Source of the DNA: Gammaproteobacteria bacterium
GTDB lineage: Bacteria > Pseudomonadota > Gammaproteobacteria > Pseudomonadales > Pseudohongiellaceae
NCBI GenBank assembly: GCA_038104835.1
Contig: JAYOBL010000004.1
Location: 30,953 to 77,584, forward strand
DNA: 46,632 bases
Direction: 5' to 3'
Part shown: positions 17,592-27,157 of the stretch, one piece after another
Layout: every line of letters starts with the position of its first letter
Numbering within the stretch: the first letter of the stretch is position 1
Translations under genes and position numbers: made by a program
The notes under the pieces: generated by a model
What the model was told of the DNA's origin: nothing
Database searches by the model: none
The model's input: only the letters and a program-made list of their open reading frames with translations

Positions 17592-20096
17592 ATGCTGCAC
17601 GCACAGCAGAACAATAGAACCCCCGCGTTTACGCTAACAAAAACTCTTGTTCTCGGCTTTGCAATCAGCTCCGCCTCGGCGCTAGCACAGCAGTCGTCTC
17701 CTCCAGAGGAGATCACTGTGGTTGGCGTGCTACCCAGTGGCACCGCGCTCGACGCGCGCCTAGTCCCCTACCCCGTCCAGCAGGCAGGCGCCGCCGAGCT
17801 TGCGAAGGCCAACAATGCCAGCGTTGCCGATTTCCTGCGCCGCGGCTTCGCCAGCGTCTCGCTCAACGATGCCCAGAACAATCCGCTGCAGCCCGATCTT
17901 CAGTACCGCGGCTTCACCGCCTCACCGCTCCTGGGACTCGCTCAGGGCCTGAGCGTTTACCAAAACGGCGCGCGGGTTAACGAACCGCTGGGCGATGCTG
18001 TGAATTGGGATCTCATGCCGCAGTCGGCCATTGCCGGCCTCACCCTTCTCGGCGGCGCCAACCCCCTGTTTGGCCTCAACAGCCTTGGCGGCGCGCTTAA
18101 CATCGAAATGAAGAACGGCTTCGATTTTACCGGCACCCAGATCGGTCTGCGCTCAGGCTCATTCGGACGCACGACCGCGCATATCGAAACCGGCGGCAAC
18201 GCCAACGGTTTCGCCTACTACCTTAATCTCGAATCCTTCGACGAAGACGGCTGGCGCGACCAGTCGGCCTCCGAGGCACTCAACGCCTATGCCAGCTTTG
18301 GCTGGCGCGGAAGCCGCGGGGAGGCGTCGATCGACCTGCAGCAGGGCGACTCGAATCTGCGCGGCAACGGTGCGGCGCCGGTGGAGCTGTTAGCGCTCAA
18401 CCGCGCCGCGGTGTTTACCGCGCCGGATATAACCGAGAACGATTTATTTATGGTTAGCGCAGATTTCTCATGGGACTTAGGTGCAGGCAAGCTCAGCGGA
18501 AGCGCCTTTAACCGGCGCAACACCACCGACGCCTTCAATGGCGACGGCTCCGAATTTGGCGTGTGCAGTTTTAGCGGAGTCCCTACGCTAATTGAAGAGC
18601 TAGAAGACGACGATCTGGAAGAAATCGGACTCGACGACGACGATCTCTGTGACGATCAGTTCGCTAACGCAGACGCGCTCGAAGACTACCTGAACAGCTT
18701 CGATTCAGACGACGAGTTTAACCTCGAAGATTTCAGCGACGACCTCTCGGGCACCGGCGTGCTCAGCGACGAGGCTATTAATAACATCAGCAGGCGTAAG
18801 CAGCGTAGCCGCGGTTTCGACCTGCAGTGGCGCAGCGACTCGCCACTAGCGAATAGAAGCAACAGCTTCGTCGCCGGCGCCGCCTATTTCCGCGGCGACT
18901 CCACCTTCAACTCGGTGCTAGAGCTCGCGGAGCTAGACCCCATTACGCGTGTAACCACCGGCCTGGGCACCGGAACCTTCGTCGATGCCGAGGCGACGTC
19001 CGTGGAGACGCTCACCCGCTCCGTTAGCCTCTACTTCACCAATACGTTTAGCCTAAGTGACTCAGTGGCCCTCACGCTTTCCGCCCGCGCCAATGACACC
19101 GATGTCACTCTGCAAGACCTGAGCGGCGTGCGCCCCGAACTCAATGGCGAGCACCGTTTCACCCGCATCAATCCGGCGGCCGGACTCACCTGGCAGGCGA
19201 GCGCCGAGACTCTGGTCTACGCCTCGTACAGCGAATCCTCCCGCGCACCTACGCCAATCGAACTTGCCTGCAACGAGGGCGTTTTTGAAGTTGCCCAGCG
19301 CTTCGCTCTGGAGCGCGGCGACGATCCCGACGACGTCGATTTCGAGTGCCGTCTGCCCAACGCCTTCCTCGCCGATCCCCCGCTCGAGCAGGTTGTCGCG
19401 AAGAACATCGAGCTAGGCGCGCGCGGAACTTTCAACGCGCCGCTGAGCGCGCTCGGCGAGCTACAGTACGAGGTGGGCCTGTTTAATACCTCCAACCGCG
19501 ACGACATCCTCTTCCAGACCACCGGCCGTTCAACCGGCCTGTTCGCCAACGTCGACGAGACGCAGCGCCGAGGATTCGAGGGCAAGCTGATAGGCAACGC
19601 CGGCGCGCTCGATTGGATGATCGCCTACAGCCACCTCGAGGCAACCTTTGAGACCGACTTCAAGGCGCTAAGCCCGAATCATGACTTCGCCGACGACGAC
19701 GGTGAGATTACGGTGTCGAAAGGCGACAGCATACCGGGCATTCCCGAGCGGCAGCTCAAGCTAGTCGCAGACTATGCGCTCACCCCGCGCTGGCAGCTAG
19801 GACTGGACGTTCTCGCCAACAGCGAACAAACGCTGCGCGGCGACGAGTCGAATCAGCTCGCCCCGACAGCCGGCTACGCAGTATTTAATTTGCGAACGCG
19901 CTACGCGCTGAGCGATGACTTCGAGCTGTACGCACGAGTGGATAACCTATTGGATCGTGACTACGAAACGTTTGGACTGCTGGGTGAAGAACCAGGCGAG
20001 GTGGATGTGCCGCTGATTTCGGATATGACAATTCCGAGGTTTCTGGGCGCAGGCCAGCCGCGTGCAGCGTTTTTGGGGCTAAGGCTGAACTTTTAA
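17592..20096 (+). CDS. TonB-dependent outer-membrane receptor
   Basis: GGGAGAGG precedes the ATG at 17592. Signal peptide ending ALAQQ, plug-domain motifs (ITVVG, YRGF, VYQNGARVNEP), a long beta-barrel and the terminal LGLRLNF. Confidence 0.9.
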   Translation: MLHAQQNNRTPAFTLTKTLVLGFAISSASALAQQSSPPEEITVVGVLPSGTALDARLVPYPVQQAGAAELAKANNASVADFLRRGFASVSLNDAQNNPLQPDLQYRGFTASPLLGLAQGLSVYQNGARVNEPLGDAVNWDLMPQSAIAGLTLLGGANPLFGLNSLGGALNIEMKNGFDFTGTQIGLRSGSFGRTTAHIETGGNANGFAYYLNLESFDEDGWRDQSASEALNAYASFGWRGSRGEASIDLQQGDSNLRGNGAAPVELLALNRAAVFTAPDITENDLFMVSADFSWDLGAGKLSGSAFNRRNTTDAFNGDGSEFGVCSFSGVPTLIEELEDDDLEEIGLDDDDLCDDQFANADALEDYLNSFDSDDEFNLEDFSDDLSGTGVLSDEAINNISRRKQRSRGFDLQWRSDSPLANRSNSFVAGAAYFRGDSTFNSVLELAELDPITRVTTGLGTGTFVDAEATSVETLTRSVSLYFTNTFSLSDSVALTLSARANDTDVTLQDLSGVRPELNGEHRFTRINPAAGLTWQASAETLVYASYSESSRAPTPIELACNEGVFEVAQRFALERGDDPDDVDFECRLPNAFLADPPLEQVVAKNIELGARGTFNAPLSALGELQYEVGLFNTSNRDDILFQTTGRSTGLFANVDETQRRGFEGKLIGNAGALDWMIAYSHLEATFETDFKALSPNHDFADDDGEITVSKGDSIPGIPERQLKLVADYALTPRWQLGLDVLANSEQTLRGDESNQLAPTAGYAVFNLRTRYALSDDFELYARVDNLLDRDYETFGLLGEEPGEVDVPLISDMTIPRFLGAGQPRAAFLGLRLNF

Positions 20097-21133
20097 CGCC
20101 CGCGCAGGAACTCAACCGCGCGGTCGGGGAAGTCGGTGAAGACGCCGTCGATATCCGCCTCGAAGAGGAAGGCCTCGAGCATAGCTTCGAAGCTGTCTGC
20201 CCAGTCTGGCACCTGACCTTCATCCGCGCGGAAAGTGTAGGGGTGGACCTGCATGCCGTTGGCATGGGCGAGTTCAACGAGCTCGCTAAGCTCGAGCGTG
20301 CCGGGCTTGGATTCAGGATTTATTAGCTGTCCCTTTTCGGGACCAAACCCATCGGCGTAGCGCGCCACTTCGGCCATACCCTCGGCATTAAACATCCATT
20401 GGTATTCTTCATCGTCTCCAACCAACATAACAAGCTTTAGATCGATTCCCGCCTCTGGAAGCAGCTCGTCGCGCAGGCGCTTGACCTCGTCCCAGCTAAA
20501 CGTCTGCAGAAACACTTTGTCCTGCTTGCCCGTGTAGCCGTAAGCCTTGAGTGTCGCGACCACGGCGCGGCCAAGGTCCTTACCCTCGGCAAGGTGGAAC
20601 TCCGGCGACTTGATCTCTGGATAGATGCCGATGTCTTTTCCAGTGGACACATTCAGCCCCTGAATTAACTCAAGCTCCTCAGCGAGGGTCGCAATGCGGA
20701 AGTTCGACTTGCCCATGGGGAAGCGTGATTTATAGCCCTGCTGGCGCTCTCCATTAACCATGTAGGCGCCTTCGCTGAGCGCGAGCGTGCGAATCTCTGC
20801 AAGGGTAAAGTCGATCGCGTAGTGACGACCGTCGGCGCGGGCGCGGCCAGGAAATTTCTCGGCGACGTCGGTGGTTCTGTCTAAGGTGATGTCGTGGATC
20901 ACGATGAGCTCGTCGTCCTTTGTCATCACCACATCCTGTTCGATATAGTCGGCGCCCATTGCGTAGGCCATCGCTTTGGCTTCGAGTGTATGCTCTGGCA
21001 GATAGCCACTGGCACCGCGGTGGGCGACGACAACTTTCTGGGCGAACACTTCTGCGGAGAGCGAACTAAGCATGAGGATTCCTCCAATAAGCCGAGCGGA
21101 AAGTGAGGCGCTGTGTTTCATTGAGGTAAGCAT
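20093..21133 (-). CDS. glpQ: Periplasmic glycerophosphodiester phosphodiesterase
   Basis: A signal peptide followed by VVAHRGASGYLPEHTLEAKAMAYAMGADYIEQDVVMTKDDELIVIHD, closely matching what I recall of the E. coli GlpQ N-terminal catalytic region. Confidence 0.9.
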   Translation of the reverse strand: MLTSMKHSASLSARLIGGILMLSSLSAEVFAQKVVVAHRGASGYLPEHTLEAKAMAYAMGADYIEQDVVMTKDDELIVIHDITLDRTTDVAEKFPGRARADGRHYAIDFTLAEIRTLALSEGAYMVNGERQQGYKSRFPMGKSNFRIATLAEELELIQGLNVSTGKDIGIYPEIKSPEFHLAEGKDLGRAVVATLKAYGYTGKQDKVFLQTFSWDEVKRLRDELLPEAGIDLKLVMLVGDDEEYQWMFNAEGMAEVARYADGFGPEKGQLINPESKPGTLELSELVELAHANGMQVHPYTFRADEGQVPDWADSFEAMLEAFLFEADIDGVFTDFPDRAVEFLRGR

Positions 21134-21227
21134 AGTTCGAATCCCTTTTTATTTCCTAACGCTGTAACTGACATCGGCCTACGCTAGCAAAATCCCATGA
21201 CAGTCTGATTACTCGACTCTTTTCGCG

Positions 21228-23630
21228 CTAGGAGCCGAAGCGGTAGCGCAGTTTTATTGCAAGCGTGTCGACCACAGTGTCGGTCCATGACTGCTCAAGC
21301 AGGTCTTGAAACGAATTAAAATTATCGCGCGGCAGATTGCTGCCCCGGGTGTAGACCACAAAAAGATCCGAAAGCGGGGCTATCTCCCAGCGATAGCGCG
21401 CCTGAAAAGTCAGCCGGCTAATCACGAAGTCGTCGCTGTCCTCGTCAGGCTTCGCCACGGGCTGGAGGAAGTCTAAGTTCTCGCTGTCTGATTGCCAGAA
21501 ACGGTCTTCGAATGCCTTTAGCGCCGTCCACTGCATTGTGAAGCGTAGCTGCTGCCAAGCCGATAGAAAATAGTTCATCTCAAAACGCGGCGCCCATTGG
21601 TGCGACTCGAAGCTAGTGTAGGCCCCGTCACCCTGGTGCACTAGTAGCGCTTCTCTGTCGGTATAACTCAGACGCAGATCGGTAGAGAAGCGGTCATTCG
21701 GGCGCCACGTTACGCCGCCGTCGGCTCGGGTGTTCGCCGGTCCAAGCTCGTCTTGGCCTAGGTTTAAACTCACATTAAACGCCCATTTCTCTGCCGGGTT
21801 GGTGCGGTAACCCAAATTAATCCCGCCACGACCTTCTATGCGGAAGTCACCGGTGCCGCGTCCCAGCCTATCGTCTATTCGCTCAGGAAAATACCGAAGG
21901 CTAATGTCATAAGTGTTGTTGTCGAGGGTGTTGTAAGAGCGGTTCAAGAATCCACCGAGTCGTACCGGTTTGCCATCGGTATTCCACTGGTTTGTTATGA
22001 ATACGCTTGTCGTACGCTGGCGCAGACCCGGCACGTCGGATTCAACATTGAACACGTTATAGTCCAAGTTCATCTGGTCATTGCGCGTCAAAAAGCCTAG
22101 CTCGTTAATATCTAGCGTATCGTCAATATAGGTACCCCGCACCGTGTGCTGCAGACCTCGCCGCGGCCTAAACACAACGTCTCCTAAGAAACCCGAACCG
22201 GTAACGCCGTTAACGTCGCTGTGCATAATTTGAGTATCCACCACGAAACGGTTGTCCGCAGAGAAATAGTGCGCATCTACCGCGTTCACGGTCGCATCCA
22301 CTGTCGGGTGCGAGAGGTTAGTGCCCATCCATCCGATCGCACGGCGCCCACCGCGGCTAGTGTCCTCGTACAGTAATCGGCCCACGGTAAAGTCGCGGCC
22401 CTCGGCGCTTAGGGTCACCGGCGTACCATCGTCTGTGGTGCCGCGAATCTGCGAGTCATTCTCGCGAGCGACCAGCGTCCCGTAGCGCCAGTTTCCGGCT
22501 TGCCCTGTGAACTTAGCCGCACCGAGTAGCTCCGAGGGCTGACTGCGATCGGTGGCGACAACATCAACGTCATCGGGAATATCGTATAGCGCTGCGCTAC
22601 CGATCCTGCGCGTATTGAGCAGCGAGATAGGGCCGCCGGGGCCGCCGCGACCTGAGGTTCGCGGCGAAGTATTAAACACGTCCTGGCCCTCGAGAAAGAA
22701 GACACGCCTCTCGGGGAAGAACACTTCGAACGCGGTGAGGTTTACCACCACGTCGTCGGACTCGACATTGCCGAAGTCTGGGTTGAGACTCGCAGACAGT
22801 AGCGAGTTTGACGTCGGTCGCCAGAACAGCTCGGTGCCCACTTTGTATGTCGACTCTCCTCTCACCCCGTCATAGATGCCTGAAGCAAAGGGATAGTAGG
22901 TAATCTGCGTGCGCGGCTCGATGTCAGTCAGCTCATAAAGCTCGAACGCCGACAAATACTCATTCACGGTGCGCGGCAGCGGAGGGTTCGACCAGGTTTC
23001 GCCCTGCAGGTGGCCTACTTGACGCTCGAAATAGAATCCGAGTTTACGCGCTCCCTCGACCTGGGGCAGTGGCATCATCGACCAGGGAATAAAGTACTCC
23101 GCACTCCACCCATTCTCTAACGCCTGGGTGCGTGCAAGCCATGGCCCGTCCCATTGAATGTTAAGAATACGCTCGGGAAGAAGAGTGGCGTCTGTAAGGG
23201 AATTACCGAGGTTAATGCGCATGAGGAAACCGTAAAGCCCCTCTCCGGACGCGTCGATAGCAACGACAAAACCGTCGCGTTCTAAACGCGTGTCGCGCGA
23301 GGTCATACGCGCCATCAGCGTTTCTTTTGGCTGAAAATTCATTGCGCTGAGGTAGATGCCGCGCTCGGTGTAGAAGAAGCGCACGTGGGTTTCATAGGGC
23401 GCATCAGCCAGCGTGTCGGGATCAGTCACCTTCATGCCGTCGATGACCGGTAGATCTTTCCAGATTTCTTCATCAATAAAACCGTCAACGGTGATGTTGG
23501 CGGCGTCTTGGTCGACACGAGTGATTCGCGGCAAGGTTGGCGCTAGCAATTCCTGAGCGATCGACTGCGTGGGTAGCACTAGCAAAAGTGCTACGCATAA
23601 CGTCGACGCGAATTTGCGGGAGTTTCTCAT
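21228..23630 (-). CDS. Outer-membrane-type protein: N-terminal CBM9-like domain plus a large beta-barrel-like domain (DUF5916-type architecture)
   Basis: Signal peptide ending SIAQE. N-terminal ITVDGFIDEEIWKDLP pattern, as in CBM9-like domains. The long remainder has alternating aromatic/polar beta-strand character and ends in LRYRFGS. Confidence 0.65.
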   Translation of the reverse strand: MRNSRKFASTLCVALLLVLPTQSIAQELLAPTLPRITRVDQDAANITVDGFIDEEIWKDLPVIDGMKVTDPDTLADAPYETHVRFFYTERGIYLSAMNFQPKETLMARMTSRDTRLERDGFVVAIDASGEGLYGFLMRINLGNSLTDATLLPERILNIQWDGPWLARTQALENGWSAEYFIPWSMMPLPQVEGARKLGFYFERQVGHLQGETWSNPPLPRTVNEYLSAFELYELTDIEPRTQITYYPFASGIYDGVRGESTYKVGTELFWRPTSNSLLSASLNPDFGNVESDDVVVNLTAFEVFFPERRVFFLEGQDVFNTSPRTSGRGGPGGPISLLNTRRIGSAALYDIPDDVDVVATDRSQPSELLGAAKFTGQAGNWRYGTLVARENDSQIRGTTDDGTPVTLSAEGRDFTVGRLLYEDTSRGGRRAIGWMGTNLSHPTVDATVNAVDAHYFSADNRFVVDTQIMHSDVNGVTGSGFLGDVVFRPRRGLQHTVRGTYIDDTLDINELGFLTRNDQMNLDYNVFNVESDVPGLRQRTTSVFITNQWNTDGKPVRLGGFLNRSYNTLDNNTYDISLRYFPERIDDRLGRGTGDFRIEGRGGINLGYRTNPAEKWAFNVSLNLGQDELGPANTRADGGVTWRPNDRFSTDLRLSYTDREALLVHQGDGAYTSFESHQWAPRFEMNYFLSAWQQLRFTMQWTALKAFEDRFWQSDSENLDFLQPVAKPDEDSDDFVISRLTFQARYRWEIAPLSDLFVVYTRGSNLPRDNFNSFQDLLEQSWTDTVVDTLAIKLRYRFGS

Positions 23631-23673
23631 TATTTCTCTCGTTATTAGTGCCCAAAACGGGCATCGGCTTGCG

Positions 23674-26600
23674 CTAATTTCGCGACGTCAGTGTCGCACT
23701 CAGTTGCAGTTCCACCCCATCGCGCAGAACGGTGAGCTGCACTTGGCTGCCAACCTCCTGCGCCCTCAATAGATTCGAATAGCCTTGCAGGTCATCGAGC
23801 CGCTGTCCGGCGAAGCTCAATAGAATATCCCCGGCCTTCAGCCCAGCAGCCTCAGCTGCGCTATTGGGCGTAATGCCGCTTACGCGTATTCCTGCGCCCT
23901 GATAGGAAAAGTCGGGCAGCGTGCCGAGACTCGCCTGCCTTGCTGTCGTGCCCTGGGGCGCCACGGCTACCTGCGCATTCGCAAGCGTGACTCGCAGCGG
24001 ATCGCGGTTGTCGGCGAGGTAAATCAACGCTTCTTCAACCCAAGACGCCACGTCTGAAAGACCACCGTAGTCGAGCTTGTCGGCGCTGTCGCTCGCACGG
24101 TGATAGTCGCCATGCAGGCCTGAGAAAAGATGCAGCGCCGGCACACCGGCGTTAAGAAAACTCACGTGGTCGCTGCTAGCAATAGTCTGCGCGGGAAACT
24201 CAGACTCAACGCCAATGGTGAAGCCGATGCCCTGTGCCATAAACGGAAATTCGTAGGCGCTATCGCTACCAAATACCTGCAGTTTGCGGCCCTCAAGTCG
24301 GCCAACCGCATCGAGGTTTACCATGGCGTAGTAGTCCATCTTGCCCAAACCGTTTACCGCGGATTGCACGAAATGCTCGGACCCCATCAGCCCCTGCTCT
24401 TCTGCAGTGAAGGCAACGAATAGAATCGGCCTTGCGGGCGTGAAGCTGCGCCGTAGTTTGCGCGCGACTTCTATAAGCACAGCAACACCAGAGGCGTTGT
24501 CATCGGCGCCCGCCATGAGCTTGCCCTGAGCGTCGTAGCCTAGATGGTCGTAGTGTGCGCCGAGTACAACAGGTTCATTACTCAGCGCAGGATCGCTGCC
24601 GGGAAGCAGGCCGACTACATTGCTCAGAGTCTGTCGGCGCCCGTCTGCTAATTCGCCTTGCCACGGTTGCTTATAGCTGCCCCCCGGGGCGAGTAGGCCC
24701 ACCGAGCGAAACGCGCTTTCTATGTAGTTTGCCGCCGCGTCTATCCCTTTGCTCGTCTCTCCCGGCAGGCTATCAATCGCACGGCCGTGCATCGCCTCTG
24801 CGGTTAGCGCAGAGACGTGAGGCTCTAGACTGCTGGCGAGATACTTAGGCGGTAGGGTTGCGAGCGGCGCAACGGGTGGGAGCGCCGCAAGCGTGGGAGC
24901 GGCGTCTAATTCCGGGTTAAGCCATCGCAGCGGTGAGTCGCTGCTCTGCCATACCCCTTTCACATCGTTAGTCGGTGCGTCGCCTGTGAAGCTCAAATAG
25001 GAATACTTGCCGTAGTGCGGCAGCTTCTCAATCATGCCGGAAACCGCAACCGCTTGATCGATGTCGATGAAGCCAAGGGCTAAGTCGTCGGACTCGGGAT
25101 GGCGACCAACGAATACCGTACTGCGTTGGGTAAACTTCACCTGCGACTCTGCAAAACTAAACTGTGCGCCGGACTCGTCGAGCTGAACTCCCGCAGCGGT
25201 CAATGCTGCCTGAGCAAACCGGTTGCCGCGGCCGAGCACCCACACGCTGCGATTGCTGGGCAGCGCTTCTATCTCGCTATCACTCACGACGTTGGCATCC
25301 ACACCCTCGGCGAATGCCTCCGCGAGTGTCGACCAATCGCTCGCTGCAAGCGCTGCGCTGGCGCCCGCAGGAATAACAAAGGTGATTGCCTCCGCGCCGA
25401 AAAGCTCACCGATAGTTGGCGGCGTTTCACTGCGGTCGAGCGTGCGGAAAACATCGAAGTAAGGATCCGCGACCACCGCTTCGAGCGAAGCATAATTCTC
25501 AGCGACGAAACCCTGTGCGCGCTGGTTCAAGGTAAGCTCGACAATCTGCGGCTCTGACTCTCCGCTGTAGTGCAGAGCAACCGGCAGAGTGAATTCATAG
25601 GGAGCCGCGTCTTGTATCTGAGCGAAGTTGAGGCGCGCTCTGTCGTCCCGCTCTTCGGTGACCGACAGCGCAAGCTCTGGAGCCCCAGTACGCTGTACCC
25701 ACTGCTCGAAAAAGCCGGTCAGATCCCGCTCGGCTAATTTGGAGAAATGTTCGGCGAGCGTGGCAAAAGAGGCGCGAGTAAATCGATAGCGGGTATAGAA
25801 GCTTTTAAGTCCCTCGAGGAAAAGCTCATCGCCCAATTCGATCCGCAGCATATGCCACAGCATAAGAGTCTTGCCGTACCCGACAGCTTGGCTGGCCGCC
25901 GAGTTACGCGAAGTGAATTCGCTTAGCGGAAAATCACTGCCCTCGCCCACGTAATTTTTGTACCGCGCGAGCATCTCTTTGCGGTACTCGGCGCCTCGGC
26001 CTTCCACCTCTTGGAAGAGGTGATCCGCAAGATAAGCCGTAAGCCCTTCGCTCCAGTTACCAGTCGCGTAGTCGGGATACACGCCGTTGCCCCACCAGTT
26101 GTGCAGAATTTCATGGGGGTAGGAAGAGGTAATGATGAAAGGGAAACGGATGATCTGTTCACCGAGCAGGGTAAACGAAGGCATGCCGTAGCCGGTTTCC
26201 CAGAAATTCTCGACCAAGGCGAATTTGCTGTAGGGGTAGGCGCCGAGCAGGGGTTCATAAAGCGCAAGCGCTCGTGCGGTAGCGTCGAGGTATTTGGCTG
26301 CGAGATTCGGGTCGGGCGTTCTTAGCAGGGCAAGCATCTCTATACTGCGCGGCTGTGGTTCACTCTCAACGCTGGGCTCTCCATCAACCGCTGAGTCGCC
26401 TGATGCATCGAGCACAGAGTCGTAGCGCGCTGTGTACTGCGTGAACGCCGCAGCAATGAGATAGATCTCCTCCATCGGCTTGTCGCTGCGCCAAGTGTTT
26501 TCAGCCAGGCGCTGTCCCTGACTAACACTCAGCCAGTCGGCGGCCGAGTCGGCGAACTCGACACTTAGCTCGAACGTCACTAGGCCATCGCCAAACTCTG

Positions 26601-27147
26601 GCACCCAGGCGCTGCCGCGATTGAGATAAACACCGCGGGAGTCGATGATGCCCGAGGTTTCGGAAAAGCTCTGCGAATACTCGGCGCTAGTCTGCCGTGT
26701 AGGGTCGAATAGCATGCCGGAATAGCTAAGCTCTAACGCTTGTCCCCGGCGCCGCGGCAGGTCAACTGAATAGCGCGTTTTTGGCGCACCCAGACCGCCG
26801 GTTTCATTGATGCCCTGCGCCCGCGTCGTCTGCATAGCGCCAAGCTCACGAAGCCCGCGAGGGCGGTTATTGATTGCCAGCTCGCTATTAAGCGTAAAGG
26901 CAATCTCGCCCCTTGCCGCACTCTCGGGCAGCGTTACGCTGTCTTCTACGGAGATAAAATTATTGGCGGGGTCTAAAATTACCCGCAGCTGATGATGCAC
27001 GGGCTGGAATGCCTGCGGCTGCGTATCACTCGCAGCGCTCTGCGCCAAAGCCGCGCCAGCCGTAAGCAGAAACGAAAATCCAAGACAGCTAGATGCCGCA
27101 CGAACAAAGCCGCGCGCACTCAACACTATCTGGGCGAATGAAACCAT
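23674..27147 (-). CDS. Exported multidomain metallopeptidase: M1 aminopeptidase-like domain + M28 aminopeptidase-like domain + C-terminal PDZ
   Basis: Signal peptide ending ALAQS. M1 zinc motif HEILHNWWG....WSEGLTAY (codons at 26101-26115 read HEILH). M28 ligand set HYDH, GADDNASG, AEEQG, NLD and DYHRASD at aa 865-1020. PDZ-like GIRVSGITPNSAAEAAGLKAGDILLSF at aa 1085-1112. Confidence 0.85.
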   Translation of the reverse strand: MVSFAQIVLSARGFVRAASSCLGFSFLLTAGAALAQSAASDTQPQAFQPVHHQLRVILDPANNFISVEDSVTLPESAARGEIAFTLNSELAINNRPRGLRELGAMQTTRAQGINETGGLGAPKTRYSVDLPRRRGQALELSYSGMLFDPTRQTSAEYSQSFSETSGIIDSRGVYLNRGSAWVPEFGDGLVTFELSVEFADSAADWLSVSQGQRLAENTWRSDKPMEEIYLIAAAFTQYTARYDSVLDASGDSAVDGEPSVESEPQPRSIEMLALLRTPDPNLAAKYLDATARALALYEPLLGAYPYSKFALVENFWETGYGMPSFTLLGEQIIRFPFIITSSYPHEILHNWWGNGVYPDYATGNWSEGLTAYLADHLFQEVEGRGAEYRKEMLARYKNYVGEGSDFPLSEFTSRNSAASQAVGYGKTLMLWHMLRIELGDELFLEGLKSFYTRYRFTRASFATLAEHFSKLAERDLTGFFEQWVQRTGAPELALSVTEERDDRARLNFAQIQDAAPYEFTLPVALHYSGESEPQIVELTLNQRAQGFVAENYASLEAVVADPYFDVFRTLDRSETPPTIGELFGAEAITFVIPAGASAALAASDWSTLAEAFAEGVDANVVSDSEIEALPSNRSVWVLGRGNRFAQAALTAAGVQLDESGAQFSFAESQVKFTQRSTVFVGRHPESDDLALGFIDIDQAVAVSGMIEKLPHYGKYSYLSFTGDAPTNDVKGVWQSSDSPLRWLNPELDAAPTLAALPPVAPLATLPPKYLASSLEPHVSALTAEAMHGRAIDSLPGETSKGIDAAANYIESAFRSVGLLAPGGSYKQPWQGELADGRRQTLSNVVGLLPGSDPALSNEPVVLGAHYDHLGYDAQGKLMAGADDNASGVAVLIEVARKLRRSFTPARPILFVAFTAEEQGLMGSEHFVQSAVNGLGKMDYYAMVNLDAVGRLEGRKLQVFGSDSAYEFPFMAQGIGFTIGVESEFPAQTIASSDHVSFLNAGVPALHLFSGLHGDYHRASDSADKLDYGGLSDVASWVEEALIYLADNRDPLRVTLANAQVAVAPQGTTARQASLGTLPDFSYQGAGIRVSGITPNSAAEAAGLKAGDILLSFAGQRLDDLQGYSNLLRAQEVGSQVQLTVLRDGVELQLSATLTSRN

Positions 27148-27157
27148 GGTTTGGCCC

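Noticed and set aside
21135-21145. GTTCGAATCCC, which resembles a tRNA T-loop/T-arm.
   Set aside because: The flanking bases cannot form a T-stem, acceptor stem or anticodon arm. The motif sits in the RBS/start region of glpQ and is a chance match.
21197-21203. CTGTCAT (minus strand) upstream of glpQ, resembling a Pho-box half-site.
   Set aside because: The expected second 7-bp repeat 11 bp away matches only 3 of 7 positions. A single half-site is not enough to call PhoB regulation.
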